Shown here piece after piece: positions 1-9,535 of a stretch of 64,000 nt of DNA (position 1 is the stretch's first letter; each line of letters begins with the position of its first letter). The position numbers and the translations under genes were made by a program. The stretch spans positions 1 to 64,000 of IMG/VR virus record IMGVR_UViG_3300032304_000826; one strand, given 5' to 3'. The notes beneath the pieces are model-generated. The model did not search any database and was not told where the DNA came from. It saw nothing but the letters and a program-made list of their open reading frames with translations. The DNA is from a virus.

Positions 1-358
1 CACCCCACACATAAGTATTATCAGTCTCGCAATACCATTTTCCATAAAGGACGCCCATATCGTTTAGCCAACCCTGCCACTTAGCGTGAACAGAATGACC
101 AACACTGAATATAGAACTAAGTCTAAGAGTAGGCTTCTCTCTAACCTCAACATAATTTCCATTTAATGCGTGGTAAGCCGCAAGGGCGCACCACTCAGGC
201 TTAATTATGTCAGAAGGGTGGAGCACATCCTGCGAACGCTCATCAAAAGGTTGAGCGAGCATATGACGTTCCATATACCCCAATAAACGAGTCTCTCGCT
301 TATTAGCATCTAAGAAAGCTTTGAGCTTCTTACTAGAGACTGTTTGAGATTTTGCCAC
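1..358 (-). CDS. Cas4-like / PD-(D/E)XK exonuclease, N-terminal part (runs off window edge)
   Basis: Read manually: GTG at 358 directly after the whiB stop; MAKSQTVSSKKLK...VLHPSDIIKPEWC...SIFSVGHSVHAKWQ. The HPS..C and G..vH pattern is typical of phage Cas4-like nucleases; lies beside RecA and the resolvase. Confidence 0.6.
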   Translation of the reverse strand, partial: MAKSQTVSSKKLKAFLDANKRETRLLGYMERHMLAQPFDERSQDVLHPSDIIKPEWCALAAYHALNGNYVEVREKPTLRLSSIFSVGHSVHAKWQGWLNDMGVLYGKWYCETDNTYVWG

Positions 359-673
359 TTATTTTTCCTTTTCTAACCATTCATCCAGGGTAAGGCCTTG
401 TTTTTCATACTTACGTTTCATAGCATTACGTTCTCTGTGAGACATGCCCCCAAAGATTCCATGAAGTTCGTCGTTAATTACAGCTTCACGTAAACATTGC
501 TTGCGAACAGGGCAGGCAGACTTACCGTCTTTGCCCCAACATATCGCTTTAGCTTTGTCTGCAATTGGCTTGTATAGTGCTTTGTCTCTTGGTGGAAAAA
601 AGATTTCAGTGTCTTCGCCACGACACTTTGCATCATATCTCCAAGCCCAGGGAGGATTTTCCCTGTTGTCCAA
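359..673 (-). CDS. whiB: WhiB-family Fe-S transcription factor
   Basis: W...AKCRGEDTEIFFP...AKAICWG...CPVRKQCL...GIFGG.S.RER: four Cys plus a G(I/V)(W/F)GG turn. Confidence 0.9.
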   Translation of the reverse strand: MDNRENPPWAWRYDAKCRGEDTEIFFPPRDKALYKPIADKAKAICWGKDGKSACPVRKQCLREAVINDELHGIFGGMSHRERNAMKRKYEKQGLTLDEWLEKEK

Positions 674-997
674 TTATTCTCCTTGTAGTGAGTTTCGAAG
701 TTCAAAAAAATCCTCCTCTCCAAGTATTACGTAGTTCTCCCCGTCAAGGTGTATACCAAGAATAGGTATACGTCCATCAAGAATTGCCTCGGTAGTAATC
801 TTCTTAAGAACTTCTGATTTAACAGTGACCTGTTTTTTACCAGTCCACTTGTGTTCAATCAATAGTTCTTTGTTTCTTACATCCCCTTTTCTGGACCAGA
901 AGGCACCAGATGCAGCGGATACAGATCCTCCGATTGCTTTAGCAAGTCTTTTTTCATGCTTTTGAGATTGTTTCTGACCCTCAGTCTTCATTGCCAA
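674..997 (-). CDS. Hjc-type Holliday junction resolvase / PD-(D/E)XK nuclease
   Basis: HEKRLA...ASGA...KGDV...LIEHK motif. Confidence 0.7.
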   Translation of the reverse strand: MAMKTEGQKQSQKHEKRLAKAIGGSVSAASGAFWSRKGDVRNKELLIEHKWTGKKQVTVKSEVLKKITTEAILDGRIPILGIHLDGENYVILGEEDFFELRNSLQGE

Positions 998-2033
998 CCA
1001 TTAAGACTGGCTGAGATTTTAGAGTGTCAAGAACAGCCTTGCTTAGCTCTTCACTAAGATCAATCTCTTCACGAAGAGAATCAATCAAAGCTTGAGCTCC
1101 TTGCCACTTCCGCTCGCCGTAGTACATCCACCCTCCACGACGATCGATAATCCCGTTAAGGATTCCTAAAGCAACAATTTCCTTGCCCCTATCATACTCC
1201 CCTCCGGGGATAGCTCCTCCACCTGAGAAGTAAAAGTCCAGGTAGGCAGTTTGCTGGGGTGGGAAGGTCTTGTTTTTAATAGTTCTAATTCGAATAGTCT
1301 GACCTATTCGTCGCTTATCTTGGCCGGTGCCTACCTCTAACCAGTCATCGCGCTTTACTTCGCAACGAATGCTATAGGCATAGTCCTTGCCTAGACCACC
1401 AGGGGTCGTACGAGGATCTCCATGCATAACACCGATCTTCATACGGTACTGGTTAATCATTAGTCCGAGTACTGGACGCTCTTCGTCAACTAGATCTCTC
1501 TTGGTAGCTGAGGCTACTTTTCTAAAGAACTTATTAGTTAATTGTGCCCCACGACCTACCGTAAACTCTTCCATATGCTTTTCATCTTCTGCGCCAGGGA
1601 CAAGGGCAGGAAGCGAATCGACAACGACCATGTCCACAGCCTTACTTTCCATAAACTGAATAACCGAATCAAATGCATCCTCCATACTATTGGTTTCAAC
1701 TAAAAGAACTCTTGTTGCGTCAACTCCGCACATCTCTGCGTAGCCGGTATCAAACTGCTCTGCTGCAATCCATACAACGGTAAAGTCTGGGTTTAACTTT
1801 TGGTTTGCCGCTATAGTCTTTAGAGCTATTGCAGTCTTACCATGTGAAGCCTCGCCAACAACCTCTACCCAGTGATTCATTGGCCAACCTCCACCGAGAA
1901 CAACATCTAGTGTTAAAGATCCGGTAGTGATTCTTTTAGGCACATGAACCTTGTCAGCAGTTACAACTGTGTGGTCTCCAAGCTTCTTATTAATTAAAGC
2001 TGCAATCTTTAGAACATCTGAATTTAGTGCCAT
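981..2033 (-). CDS. recA: RecA/UvsX-like recombinase
   Basis: ITTGSLTLDVVLGGG, Walker A GEASHGKT, VVVDSL, INQYRMKIGVMHGDPRTTPGG, KNKT.PP. Confidence 0.95.
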   Translation of the reverse strand: MALNSDVLKIAALINKKLGDHTVVTADKVHVPKRITTGSLTLDVVLGGGWPMNHWVEVVGEASHGKTAIALKTIAANQKLNPDFTVVWIAAEQFDTGYAEMCGVDATRVLLVETNSMEDAFDSVIQFMESKAVDMVVVDSLPALVPGAEDEKHMEEFTVGRGAQLTNKFFRKVASATKRDLVDEERPVLGLMINQYRMKIGVMHGDPRTTPGGLGKDYAYSIRCEVKRDDWLEVGTGQDKRRIGQTIRIRTIKNKTFPPQQTAYLDFYFSGGGAIPGGEYDRGKEIVALGILNGIIDRRGGWMYYGERKWQGAQALIDSLREEIDLSEELSKAVLDTLKSQPVLMVGNED

Positions 2034-2422
2034 TATTGAATCCTATCTACTATGACGTTTGGTTTAAAGCCTGATCCTTGATTAGGTTGTTTAGCTGGTA
2101 TTGCCGCACCGCCACTAGAACTAGTAGAGATTACTCCGCTTCCGGCTTGTACCAAAGGATACCCACAATCATAGCAACGCATCAAGTTGGTTCCTGGAGG
2201 CGACATATAGTTTCCTGAGTTACATCCTGGGCAACGGTTGCTTTGACGAGAGCTCTGAGCTTTACTCATAGTCTGGTCGTTAGCTTGATCGTACGTAACC
2301 CGTACATTTGGGTTTCCGGGTTGATGCGTATACGGCACATTAACAGGAGGACTAGTTCGTGGAGTAGCACTAGTATTAGGTTGGCCGCTTAATTTCTTAG
2401 ACCACCAGTCGTTATTCGTCAT
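2033..2422 (-). CDS. hypothetical protein with Zn-ribbon
   Basis: CPGC...CYDC; coupled to its neighbours. Confidence 0.7.
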   Translation of the reverse strand: MTNNDWWSKKLSGQPNTSATPRTSPPVNVPYTHQPGNPNVRVTYDQANDQTMSKAQSSRQSNRCPGCNSGNYMSPPGTNLMRCYDCGYPLVQAGSGVISTSSSGGAAIPAKQPNQGSGFKPNVIVDRIQ

Positions 2423-2855
2423 CGCTTGATACCACCTTTGTTTCTAGTAAACCGAGATTCATTAAAGTTGAAATGCAGGATACTGAAGCTGACATAGACA
2501 CTAGTTTAAATAACCTAGTTAATTCTTCTAAGGCCTCTTCGCTACCTGGAACAGAGTTATTGACAAGATCTGCCTCTATAGAGTATGCCGCACAAGCAAT
2601 TTGCGCGGCTATCTCGGCATGAGAATCTATAAAAGGAAGTAGTGCGGAGAACTGTGAGATTCGTTCTTCACTTGCCCGTATTTCCATCTCTGATACCTCA
2701 TCAGATATTGGTTCTAACCCCATCATTGTTGAGATCTCATCTGCGGAGTCAAAAATTGAGTCATAAATTACCTGGCGTATAAGTATGGGCATAGACACAT
2801 TAACTACATGATCTATGATGTCATACTTCTCTTTACGCCGTTTAAATGGCCACAT
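2412..2855 (-). CDS. hypothetical protein
   Basis: 147-aa ORF tightly packed in the operon. Confidence 0.7.
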   Translation of the reverse strand: MWPFKRRKEKYDIIDHVVNVSMPILIRQVIYDSIFDSADEISTMMGLEPISDEVSEMEIRASEERISQFSALLPFIDSHAEIAAQIACAAYSIEADLVNNSVPGSEEALEELTRLFKLVSMSASVSCISTLMNLGLLETKVVSSDDE

Positions 2856-4835
2856 TTATTTTGCCTCTCCCCAACGAGATACTATCTTAACATCTGCCAG
2901 CATAGGTATGCTGAGGGCGCGTATTTCCTCCATAGCTAAGCGGATCTGCTCTGCAGTCTCCTCAGCTAAGTAGTCCGGGGTAACTGTAACAAGCTCATCA
3001 TGAACAGTCAAAATTAGGCTTGCTTCATCAGGGATCATTGCGCTAGCTCTTACCATAGCCACCTTGATTAGATCAGCTGCAGATCCCTGGATAACGGTGT
3101 TAAACGCTTGTCGTTCAGCTCTAGAGCGCTTCCACTGTTCTTTTGCTCGAAGGTCAGGTAAGTAACGTCTACGCTTGAGTAAGGTGCTTACAAAAGGTAT
3201 AGGAGCCCTTCTCCGACTATCAGCAATAACCTGTCGCTTATAACGGTTTACAGCAGGAAACTTTGCAGAGAATGAATCTAACAACTCACGTGCCTCTGTA
3301 AGGCTACACCCAATTTCTGTAGCGATCTTATCTGGACCAACACCGTAAGCTAAAGAAAGAACTAACACTTTTCCTGCTTTACGATCTACGCCCATAGTAT
3401 TTCCAATAGTGGTGTAAATATCTTCTTTATTTTGGTACGCCTGTATCATAGTACGGTCGTGACTAAAAGACGCTATGATTCTAGGTTCTATTTGACTGTA
3501 ATCAGCAACAACTAATTTATGTCCTTCTGGAGCAACAAAAAGATTGCGAATTGCCTTACCATTAGCAGTATGCGGAGCCGGCACATTCTGCAAATTCGGA
3601 TTGCGACTCGAGAATCGGCCGGTCTCCGCACCATATTGAACAAAGTCTGTGTGAATACGCCCACGGTATAGAAGGCTTTCTTTTGCTACAAGCTTTTCTT
3701 TGCCTAACAAAGTTCTTGCTACGTCACCACCAAGGTACGGCACTACATATGTAGTAAGAAGTTTATTCAATTCAGAATACTTAAGTAAGTTACCTACTAG
3801 GGCGTCTTTCTCTCTAAACATATCTATAGCAGGCTCGGCTACTGAGTAGTCATTTACTGTAGGGGTTAAGCCGCTGTCTATTCTCTTTTGTCCTGCCGGG
3901 GTTGTTACCTTAGGCTTTAAGCCTCTACCCCCATCTTTTTTAGGCGTAAAAAGTAATTGCTGCCGCTCTGGCACAGAGTTAATATTAAAAGCTCTGCCAG
4001 CTAAACCAAAGATAGATGCTTTTGTTTTCTCTAACTGCTCGTCTAGATCATCTTTTAAAAGCGCTAGTTGCTCTACATCTACATCTGCTCCGTGCAGTTC
4101 CATGTCGCAGATAACCTTTAGAACATCCATCTCTAGGCTAAATATTCCCCATAGACCATCTGCTTTTAGGCGCTCTTCATACCGCTTGTAGAGTTTCCAA
4201 GTCCATTCAGCGTCTAATCCAGCGTAGGTAGCCACCTCATCAAAGGAGTGGTCTTCAATCTTTTTACCCACGCCCTTGACCATATCAAAATCAAATTCTC
4301 TTTTTAAACAATCATCTAACCCAAGACCAGTCCTGTCTTGGCTGTTTATTACAAAGGCTGCGTTTAGCGTACAAAAGAAAGTAGGCTCTGGTCTTCCTCC
4401 CATGTACTTAGCCACACTTTGTAGATCAAACTTTAGGTTATGTCCAACCTTTACTTTATCTCCCTTAAGTAAAGGCTTAAGTGCTTTGAATACTTCCCCC
4501 CGAGTTAGCTGCTCAGGAGGCTCAGAAAATATTTTTGTGGCCTTTCGCCCATCTTTACTGTAATCATAGTCTGGGCGCAGTTCTAATCCCTGCTCCATAC
4601 GAGCTAAGGCAGAAGGTAGCAATGGGTAGTCGGTACGAATGTATTGACCATTTGGGTGACCCATAGGAATAACATCTACTCGATCGTTGGTTGCAAGAGC
4701 AATCCAAACTACATCGTTCTGTCTTGGATCTCCTCTGTGAGGGCCCATTGTTTCTACGTCGTATACAAATGCATCAACTTTTTCGTACGCACTTACGACT
4801 TCATCTAGTTGTTCTTTAGTTAATACAATTCTCAT
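2856..4835 (-). CDS. polA: family A DNA polymerase with 3'-5' exonuclease (no 5'-3' exo domain)
   Basis: ExoI YDVET, ExoII GHNLKFD, ExoIII YAGLDA; TGRFSSRNPNLQN; motif A ADYSQIEPR; motif B RKAGKVLVLSLAYG; motif C VHDE; SD AAGGAG. Confidence 0.95.
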   Translation of the reverse strand: MRIVLTKEQLDEVVSAYEKVDAFVYDVETMGPHRGDPRQNDVVWIALATNDRVDVIPMGHPNGQYIRTDYPLLPSALARMEQGLELRPDYDYSKDGRKATKIFSEPPEQLTRGEVFKALKPLLKGDKVKVGHNLKFDLQSVAKYMGGRPEPTFFCTLNAAFVINSQDRTGLGLDDCLKREFDFDMVKGVGKKIEDHSFDEVATYAGLDAEWTWKLYKRYEERLKADGLWGIFSLEMDVLKVICDMELHGADVDVEQLALLKDDLDEQLEKTKASIFGLAGRAFNINSVPERQQLLFTPKKDGGRGLKPKVTTPAGQKRIDSGLTPTVNDYSVAEPAIDMFREKDALVGNLLKYSELNKLLTTYVVPYLGGDVARTLLGKEKLVAKESLLYRGRIHTDFVQYGAETGRFSSRNPNLQNVPAPHTANGKAIRNLFVAPEGHKLVVADYSQIEPRIIASFSHDRTMIQAYQNKEDIYTTIGNTMGVDRKAGKVLVLSLAYGVGPDKIATEIGCSLTEARELLDSFSAKFPAVNRYKRQVIADSRRRAPIPFVSTLLKRRRYLPDLRAKEQWKRSRAERQAFNTVIQGSAADLIKVAMVRASAMIPDEASLILTVHDELVTVTPDYLAEETAEQIRLAMEEIRALSIPMLADVKIVSRWGEAK

Positions 4836-4852
4836 TATTGCTCCTTGTTAAA

Positions 4853-4921
4853 GCTAAGGGGCCTAGAAGAAGGGAGGGTTTGCTCGGAAAGGCATTAACG
4901 AGCAAATCTAGGCCCCTTAGC
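4853..4921 (-). promoter_or_regulatory. extended stem-loop between ssb-like gene and polA (terminator or regulatory RNA)
   Basis: Perfect 15-bp outer stem GCTAAGGGGCCTAGA/TCTAGGCCCCTTAGC, 11-nt bulge, 8-bp inner stem TTTGCTCG/CGAGCAAA. Confidence 0.7.
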
Positions 4922-4933
4922 ATGGTTGAGAGA

Positions 4934-5650
4934 TTACTGACCTTGAATAATTTCTTTAGCGATTTCTTCAAGCTCCGCTGTCGTAGACATACGAAGTGCA
5001 TCAGGTCCAAGTGGCTTCATTTTTGAAGTCAATTCAGACGCAACTGCAGGATCAATCTCCCAATCTTCAACAAGATCACGCTCTTTTACTGGCATGATTG
5101 AATATGAAGTTTTGGTTCCTTGACCGGACTTACTTACCGCCCAGTAAATATCTGGACGATCTAGTGGACCAGTCTTTTTGTCAGAGTTTAGTTTCTCTAA
5201 CTGACCGCACAAACGAATACCACAAGTCATCATTTGAATTTGTGGTTCTTCATCTGAGAGGTTTACAACTGTGAAAGCAAACTTGCGTTCAGGCTTGTTG
5301 CCAACACGGGATAGTGGATCGTTTTCCCAGCCAATGAAAGACTTCTTGCCTGGACGTTGAACCCAGTGCTGCAAAAAGCTCATAGGCTCAGCAGATAGGA
5401 ACTTGATTAGTTGTACATCTTCATCAAACTTAAAATCAGCAGTATATGATTTATTTGCTTCAGACGCTGCACGCTTTGCAGCAGCCCATCCAGTTTGAAT
5501 TACAGAAGAGCGATCAGGTACTTCATTCTCTGAGTCTTCTTCGAAGAGTTCTACAGAAGTATCTACTTCTGCAGTTGGGATATCGTTAACATAAGAGTCA
5601 ACATTTGGGGCATCTTTTTTAATACGTAGTGCATTTGTTTGAACTGACAT
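4934..5650 (-). CDS. putative single-stranded DNA-binding protein (gp32-like)
   Basis: Acidic protein with FL...P....QHW and a G.GTKT.Y.I.P pattern, next to polA; start moved to ATG 5650 (SD AAAGGA). Confidence 0.55.
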   Translation of the reverse strand: MSVQTNALRIKKDAPNVDSYVNDIPTAEVDTSVELFEEDSENEVPDRSSVIQTGWAAAKRAASEANKSYTADFKFDEDVQLIKFLSAEPMSFLQHWVQRPGKKSFIGWENDPLSRVGNKPERKFAFTVVNLSDEEPQIQMMTCGIRLCGQLEKLNSDKKTGPLDRPDIYWAVSKSGQGTKTSYSIMPVKERDLVEDWEIDPAVASELTSKMKPLGPDALRMSTTAELEEIAKEIIQGQ

Positions 5651-5691
5651 GTGAGTGTTAGTTCCTTTCTTAGCCATAGCCATAGGTAAAG

Positions 5692-6162
5692 TCAAGAAAC
5701 GGTTGTTTCTTGAGTGTGAATCATAGTCCAATTCTCCAATAATTCAATTGAGAGATCTGGCCAACGATTCCAATCAATCCGTGGGGAATCTAAAAGATTC
5801 CTGGATTGAAAACTGTGTAGTGCAGACTCTATCATAGCCCGGCTGTACATACGAGAACCAGGCAACTTCTTTCCGTCTACAACTATTGATTTAAGTCTAT
5901 AAGGTGCTCTCGGTATATAGCCTTTTCTTTCCCATAACCGAACGGTAACTACTGGTCGTCCTAGTGCAATACATAAAGATCCTACACTAAACAACTCAAC
6001 AGTTTTTCCTCCAGGCAAAGCTTTTACTTTACCCTGAGATTCCCACCCTTCTTTTACTTCCCTCTTTTTTGGTTCAGGAAAGGCTACAGATTTACGTTTA
6101 CGTTTAGATCCAGGATAGTACTGGTCTATGTCTTTAAACATTGAATCAATAGCATCAGACAT
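5692..6162 (-). CDS. MerR-like HTH DNA-binding protein
   Basis: LFSVGSLCIALGRPVVTVRLWERKGYIP...RMYS. Confidence 0.7.
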   Translation of the reverse strand: MSDAIDSMFKDIDQYYPGSKRKRKSVAFPEPKKREVKEGWESQGKVKALPGGKTVELFSVGSLCIALGRPVVTVRLWERKGYIPRAPYRLKSIVVDGKKLPGSRMYSRAMIESALHSFQSRNLLDSPRIDWNRWPDLSIELLENWTMIHTQETTVS

Positions 6163-6164
6163 GA

Positions 6165-6608
6165 TTAGCCCTTAGAAGGAATAAAAGCCCAAGTGATCTT
6201 TTTTGGAAACATCGCATCTACTTCTGTTTCAGTTAACTTACCTTCGTAAAGACAAGACATAATCTCATCCTCGTCAACTGTGGGAACAGAGCGGATGCAA
6301 CGATCTGCAAGACCGCGCTTTGTTAAAGTTAAAATTGCAGTGTCCATATCTAAAGACTGAGACACTCTACGTTGACGTTGCATAGAAACATAGCCGTCAA
6401 CTTCTTCTGGAAGAGTTACCCAAACATGACCTTTATCGTCAACTTCGCCGTGCTCTTCTACATAGTCGTTTAATTCAGCTTTAATCTCATTTTGCTTTTT
6501 AGTAAACTCGTCTACTCTTTTTTTATAAGAAATAAACTCTCGAAACTTTGCAACCAAAGGATTTACATTGACCTCAGGCTTGCGTGTTGGTTCAGCAATT
6601 TTTGCCAT
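6165..6608 (-). CDS. hypothetical protein (coiled-coil N-terminus)
   Basis: 147-aa ORF, SD AAGGAGG, promoter upstream. Confidence 0.75.
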   Translation of the reverse strand: MAKIAEPTRKPEVNVNPLVAKFREFISYKKRVDEFTKKQNEIKAELNDYVEEHGEVDDKGHVWVTLPEEVDGYVSMQRQRRVSQSLDMDTAILTLTKRGLADRCIRSVPTVDEDEIMSCLYEGKLTETEVDAMFPKKITWAFIPSKG

Positions 6609-6636
6609 TTACTTACCCTCCTTGATAGGTGTTTGT

Positions 6637-6665
6637 ACCCTACATTACATTTTTTCTTCTTGCAA
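6637..6665 (-). promoter_or_regulatory. sigmaA-type promoter
   Basis: TTGCAA-17bp-TAGGGT on the minus strand. Confidence 0.55.
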
Positions 6666-6806
6666 CTCTTTGATGTACACCTCTAGTGCACGGATTATGA
6701 CATCGGTCACAGTCCTGTTTTCGTAGGCTGCCTTAGCCTTTACCGCTGCCCATAGGTCATCTGGGACTCTTATGGTGCGGGTAGGCGTCTTTGGTGCATT
6801 TGGCAC
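6645..6806 (-). CDS. ribbon-helix-helix (Arc/CopG-like) DNA-binding protein, 53 aa (not in ORF track)
   Basis: MPNAPKTPTRTIRVPDDLWAAVKAKAAYENRTVTDVIIRALEVYIKELQEEKM; SD AGGAGA; GTG start. Confidence 0.85.
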   Translation of the reverse strand: MPNAPKTPTRTIRVPDDLWAAVKAKAAYENRTVTDVIIRALEVYIKELQEEKM

Positions 6807-6815
6807 GGTCTTCTC

Positions 6816-8405
6816 CTAAACTATAGCGGACTGTAAAAAGGCCCTCAAACTGCCCGCGGTAAGGTTTACCCCTCCACGGTCGTTTATGCCCTCACCATCT
6901 ACAACAGCATTAGCTACAGCGCTCTTTTGCTCTAGAAGGGCGTGTTGCCGTTCTTCGATAGAACCCTGCATCAGGATGTCCTGAATAACTATGCTCTTCC
7001 AGGTGCTTGAGGCACGCATTATTCTACCGTTTCTTTGTACGGCTAACCCTGCATTCCAGGGTAAATCGTAATTTATTAAAAGATTGGCTTGAGGTAGGTC
7101 TACCCCGTATCCTCCGGCGTCAGAGCTGACCAGTACCCTAACATCAGGATCTGTTTGAAAACTAACCTTGGACTCTTCTTTTTCTTTAGCATTCATCTGT
7201 CCGGTGTATGGGGCACTACCCCAGTCCATAATCAAAGTATCTCTAATTATGTCTACCATTTTTACATAGCTGGTAAATATAACAACCTTATTTCCAGGAT
7301 AAGCAGACAAAAAGTTATCTACATACTCTTTTAAGACAGCAAGCTTTGGTGCTTTTTTAATTGAGTCTAATAACCCTGAGTCTTTTAATTCTGCCGCATA
7401 TTTAGATCCTTCTCCACGCATAGGGTTGTATATAGCAGCAGAATGTCGAACTAAATCTGGGTGGTCACACAACATACGTAGTGAAGTTAACTTTGACATT
7501 ATTCTGCCCCGTAGTTCGTCCATAGGCCCGCCTTGGTCGCTTTGATGGCCATAGTGGGCAAAGATGTCAAAGGATCCGCCAAAAGAGTTTAAAGCGTCGT
7601 CTAGGTCTGTTAATAGCTCAGTAACTATGGAGTTATACAAGTTCCTAGTAGCTGCGTCAAAGAGTACAAATATTGGTTCAGCCATAAGTGACTCAGGTAA
7701 GTATGGTGCTACATCAGGATCAGATTGACGCTTTCGTACACACGCCTTGCTTAAAGTCGTATGTAGGACTGGCAAATTACGGTAACGATCTACTCCGCCA
7801 AATTGATTACGAACTATAAAGGTTGAATCAAAGAGGTCGAATCTTCCTAGAACTTTAGGGTCTACAAACTGCATTATTGAATAAAGCTCTTCAGGCTTAC
7901 CGTTTTCTATTGGGGTACCCGTTAATGCAAACTTATAGGGACTTTCTAATTTTTTTACATATTTAGATCTTTTAGACCTGAAACTTTTGATTGCGGTAGC
8001 TTCGTCAATGACGATAAATCCTGTTGGGAGTTTTTCAATGTACTCCCAGTCGTTAACAACTTGCTCATAGTTAACAATGACATAATTGACGAGCGAATGC
8101 CCCCAGTCGATGGCTTCAGCATACTGCGCTGCTCGTTGCTTCGGCGTTCCATCCACGACCAAAGTTGTAGAAGATCCATCAGTAAATTTCTCAATCTGTG
8201 AGGCCCATTGATATTTAAGGGAAGAGAGACAAATTATAAGGCCTGGCTCGGTAATCTTACCCTCATCCATCAAGTTTTCTAGTGCCGCTATAGTCAAAAC
8301 AGTCTTACCTAACCCAAGGTCGTAGGCAACAAGCATCTTTTTTCTAACCATCATTCGCTCTACAGCCTCAGGTTGATACGGCAAAAGAGTACCTGTAAAG
8401 GTCAT
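6816..8405 (-). CDS. SNF2-family (SF2) helicase/translocase
   Basis: LLPYQ, DLGLGKT, IDEA, LTGTPIEN, GYGVDL, DLPWN, QRNGRI.R; start at ATG 8405. Confidence 0.92.
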   Translation of the reverse strand: MTFTGTLLPYQPEAVERMMVRKKMLVAYDLGLGKTVLTIAALENLMDEGKITEPGLIICLSSLKYQWASQIEKFTDGSSTTLVVDGTPKQRAAQYAEAIDWGHSLVNYVIVNYEQVVNDWEYIEKLPTGFIVIDEATAIKSFRSKRSKYVKKLESPYKFALTGTPIENGKPEELYSIMQFVDPKVLGRFDLFDSTFIVRNQFGGVDRYRNLPVLHTTLSKACVRKRQSDPDVAPYLPESLMAEPIFVLFDAATRNLYNSIVTELLTDLDDALNSFGGSFDIFAHYGHQSDQGGPMDELRGRIMSKLTSLRMLCDHPDLVRHSAAIYNPMRGEGSKYAAELKDSGLLDSIKKAPKLAVLKEYVDNFLSAYPGNKVVIFTSYVKMVDIIRDTLIMDWGSAPYTGQMNAKEKEESKVSFQTDPDVRVLVSSDAGGYGVDLPQANLLINYDLPWNAGLAVQRNGRIMRASSTWKSIVIQDILMQGSIEERQHALLEQKSAVANAVVDGEGINDRGGVNLTAGSLRAFLQSAIV

Positions 8406-9343
8406 ATTGCTAACGCCCCCATCACACAATGCTTGGCCTGCTCAAGGCCTAAGTCTATCTGATCAGCAGACATATCTCCTATATCCTTTACGTCACTAGA
8501 GGTGTAGTTAAAGAACCAGCACTCTATTCCAACTTTTCTAAAGGTGGATAGAAGAGTTTGACTTGATTTCTTGCCCGCCTCATCGTTATCCATAGCAATA
8601 ACTAAAGTCTTTGCTCTACGCATTAGCTCTATCTGATCACTGCTTACGGTAGCCCCAAAGGTTGCTACGCCCCCTGGTATGCCCACAGAGGCTAATTTGA
8701 CGGCATCTAAAGGAGACTCAACAACAATCATCTGATCCCCATCCCAGCAGTCCATTCCAAATAAAGTCTTTGACTTTGGGACGCCTGGAGGACGGTTAAA
8801 GAATCTTCTTGAAAGCTGACCCTTTTCTTGCCAGCCAAGCAGTTTGTTGTGGTCAACTGTCCTTATCGGTAGGATCCAAGAAGAATCGTTTGCTTGCCAG
8901 CGGACCCCATACTTATTGCAAGCATCAATACTTATACCCCGCTCATTAGCTGCCCATATCGGCACGTCTCCAAAGACAGCTAGTCGAGCTTCGCTCATTG
9001 GTACGAGCTTAGGCAAATGGATGTAGGTTTTCCTAGCCTCATCTAACTGCCGGGATATAAAATCAATATCTAACTCTACGTCTGTTCTAAGCCATGACTT
9101 AGCTTTATCGAGATCCCCGTACTCAAGAAGATCTGATATTAGAGTTAGTAAGTTACCTTTGTAACCACAGGAAAAACAATTGTGTGCACCAGTTACTGCG
9201 TTTATAGACCATGACGGATTGTTATCTTTCTTTCCAGTCCGATACTCATGCATAGGGCACATAGCACCAAGCTCACGGTTTCTAGGGATTGAAACTATGC
9301 TTAGTCGCAGTAAGGTGCGCTCTACTTCTCCGTCACGAAACAT
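8402..9343 (-). CDS. dnaG: DnaG-like DNA primase (CHC2 Zn finger + TOPRIM)
   Basis: CPMH...HNCFSCG; VVESPLDA; MDNDEAG. Confidence 0.88.
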   Translation of the reverse strand: MFRDGEVERTLLRLSIVSIPRNRELGAMCPMHEYRTGKKDNNPSWSINAVTGAHNCFSCGYKGNLLTLISDLLEYGDLDKAKSWLRTDVELDIDFISRQLDEARKTYIHLPKLVPMSEARLAVFGDVPIWAANERGISIDACNKYGVRWQANDSSWILPIRTVDHNKLLGWQEKGQLSRRFFNRPPGVPKSKTLFGMDCWDGDQMIVVESPLDAVKLASVGIPGGVATFGATVSSDQIELMRRAKTLVIAMDNDEAGKKSSQTLLSTFRKVGIECWFFNYTSSDVKDIGDMSADQIDLGLEQAKHCVMGALAI

Positions 9344-9510
9344 TAAGGCTTATCCACTAAAGTAGGGGCTAGGGCGTACGTGCCACACAAAGCGCATTCC
9401 ATTTGAATAAGATAAGCAGAAATTTCGTAGTCCTCAAAAGAAACTTTTACGTTCCATAAGTTTGATTCACAGTGTGGGCAATCATGATGAATCTCTTCTG
9501 CATGATCCAT
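9343..9510 (-). CDS. small Zn-ribbon protein (start uncertain)
   Basis: CPHC...CALC; the upstream part of the track ORF overlaps the second whiB and is probably not translated. Confidence 0.6.
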   Translation of the reverse strand: MDHAEEIHHDCPHCESNLWNVKVSFEDYEISAYLIQMECALCGTYALAPTLVDKP

Positions 9511-9535
9511 AGTACCTGTGTAATCAGGCTTTAGC

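Noticed and set aside
1-358. Cas4-like gene as evidence of a CRISPR-Cas system
   Set aside because: Solo Cas4-like nucleases are common in phage recombination modules; no array or other cas genes seen.
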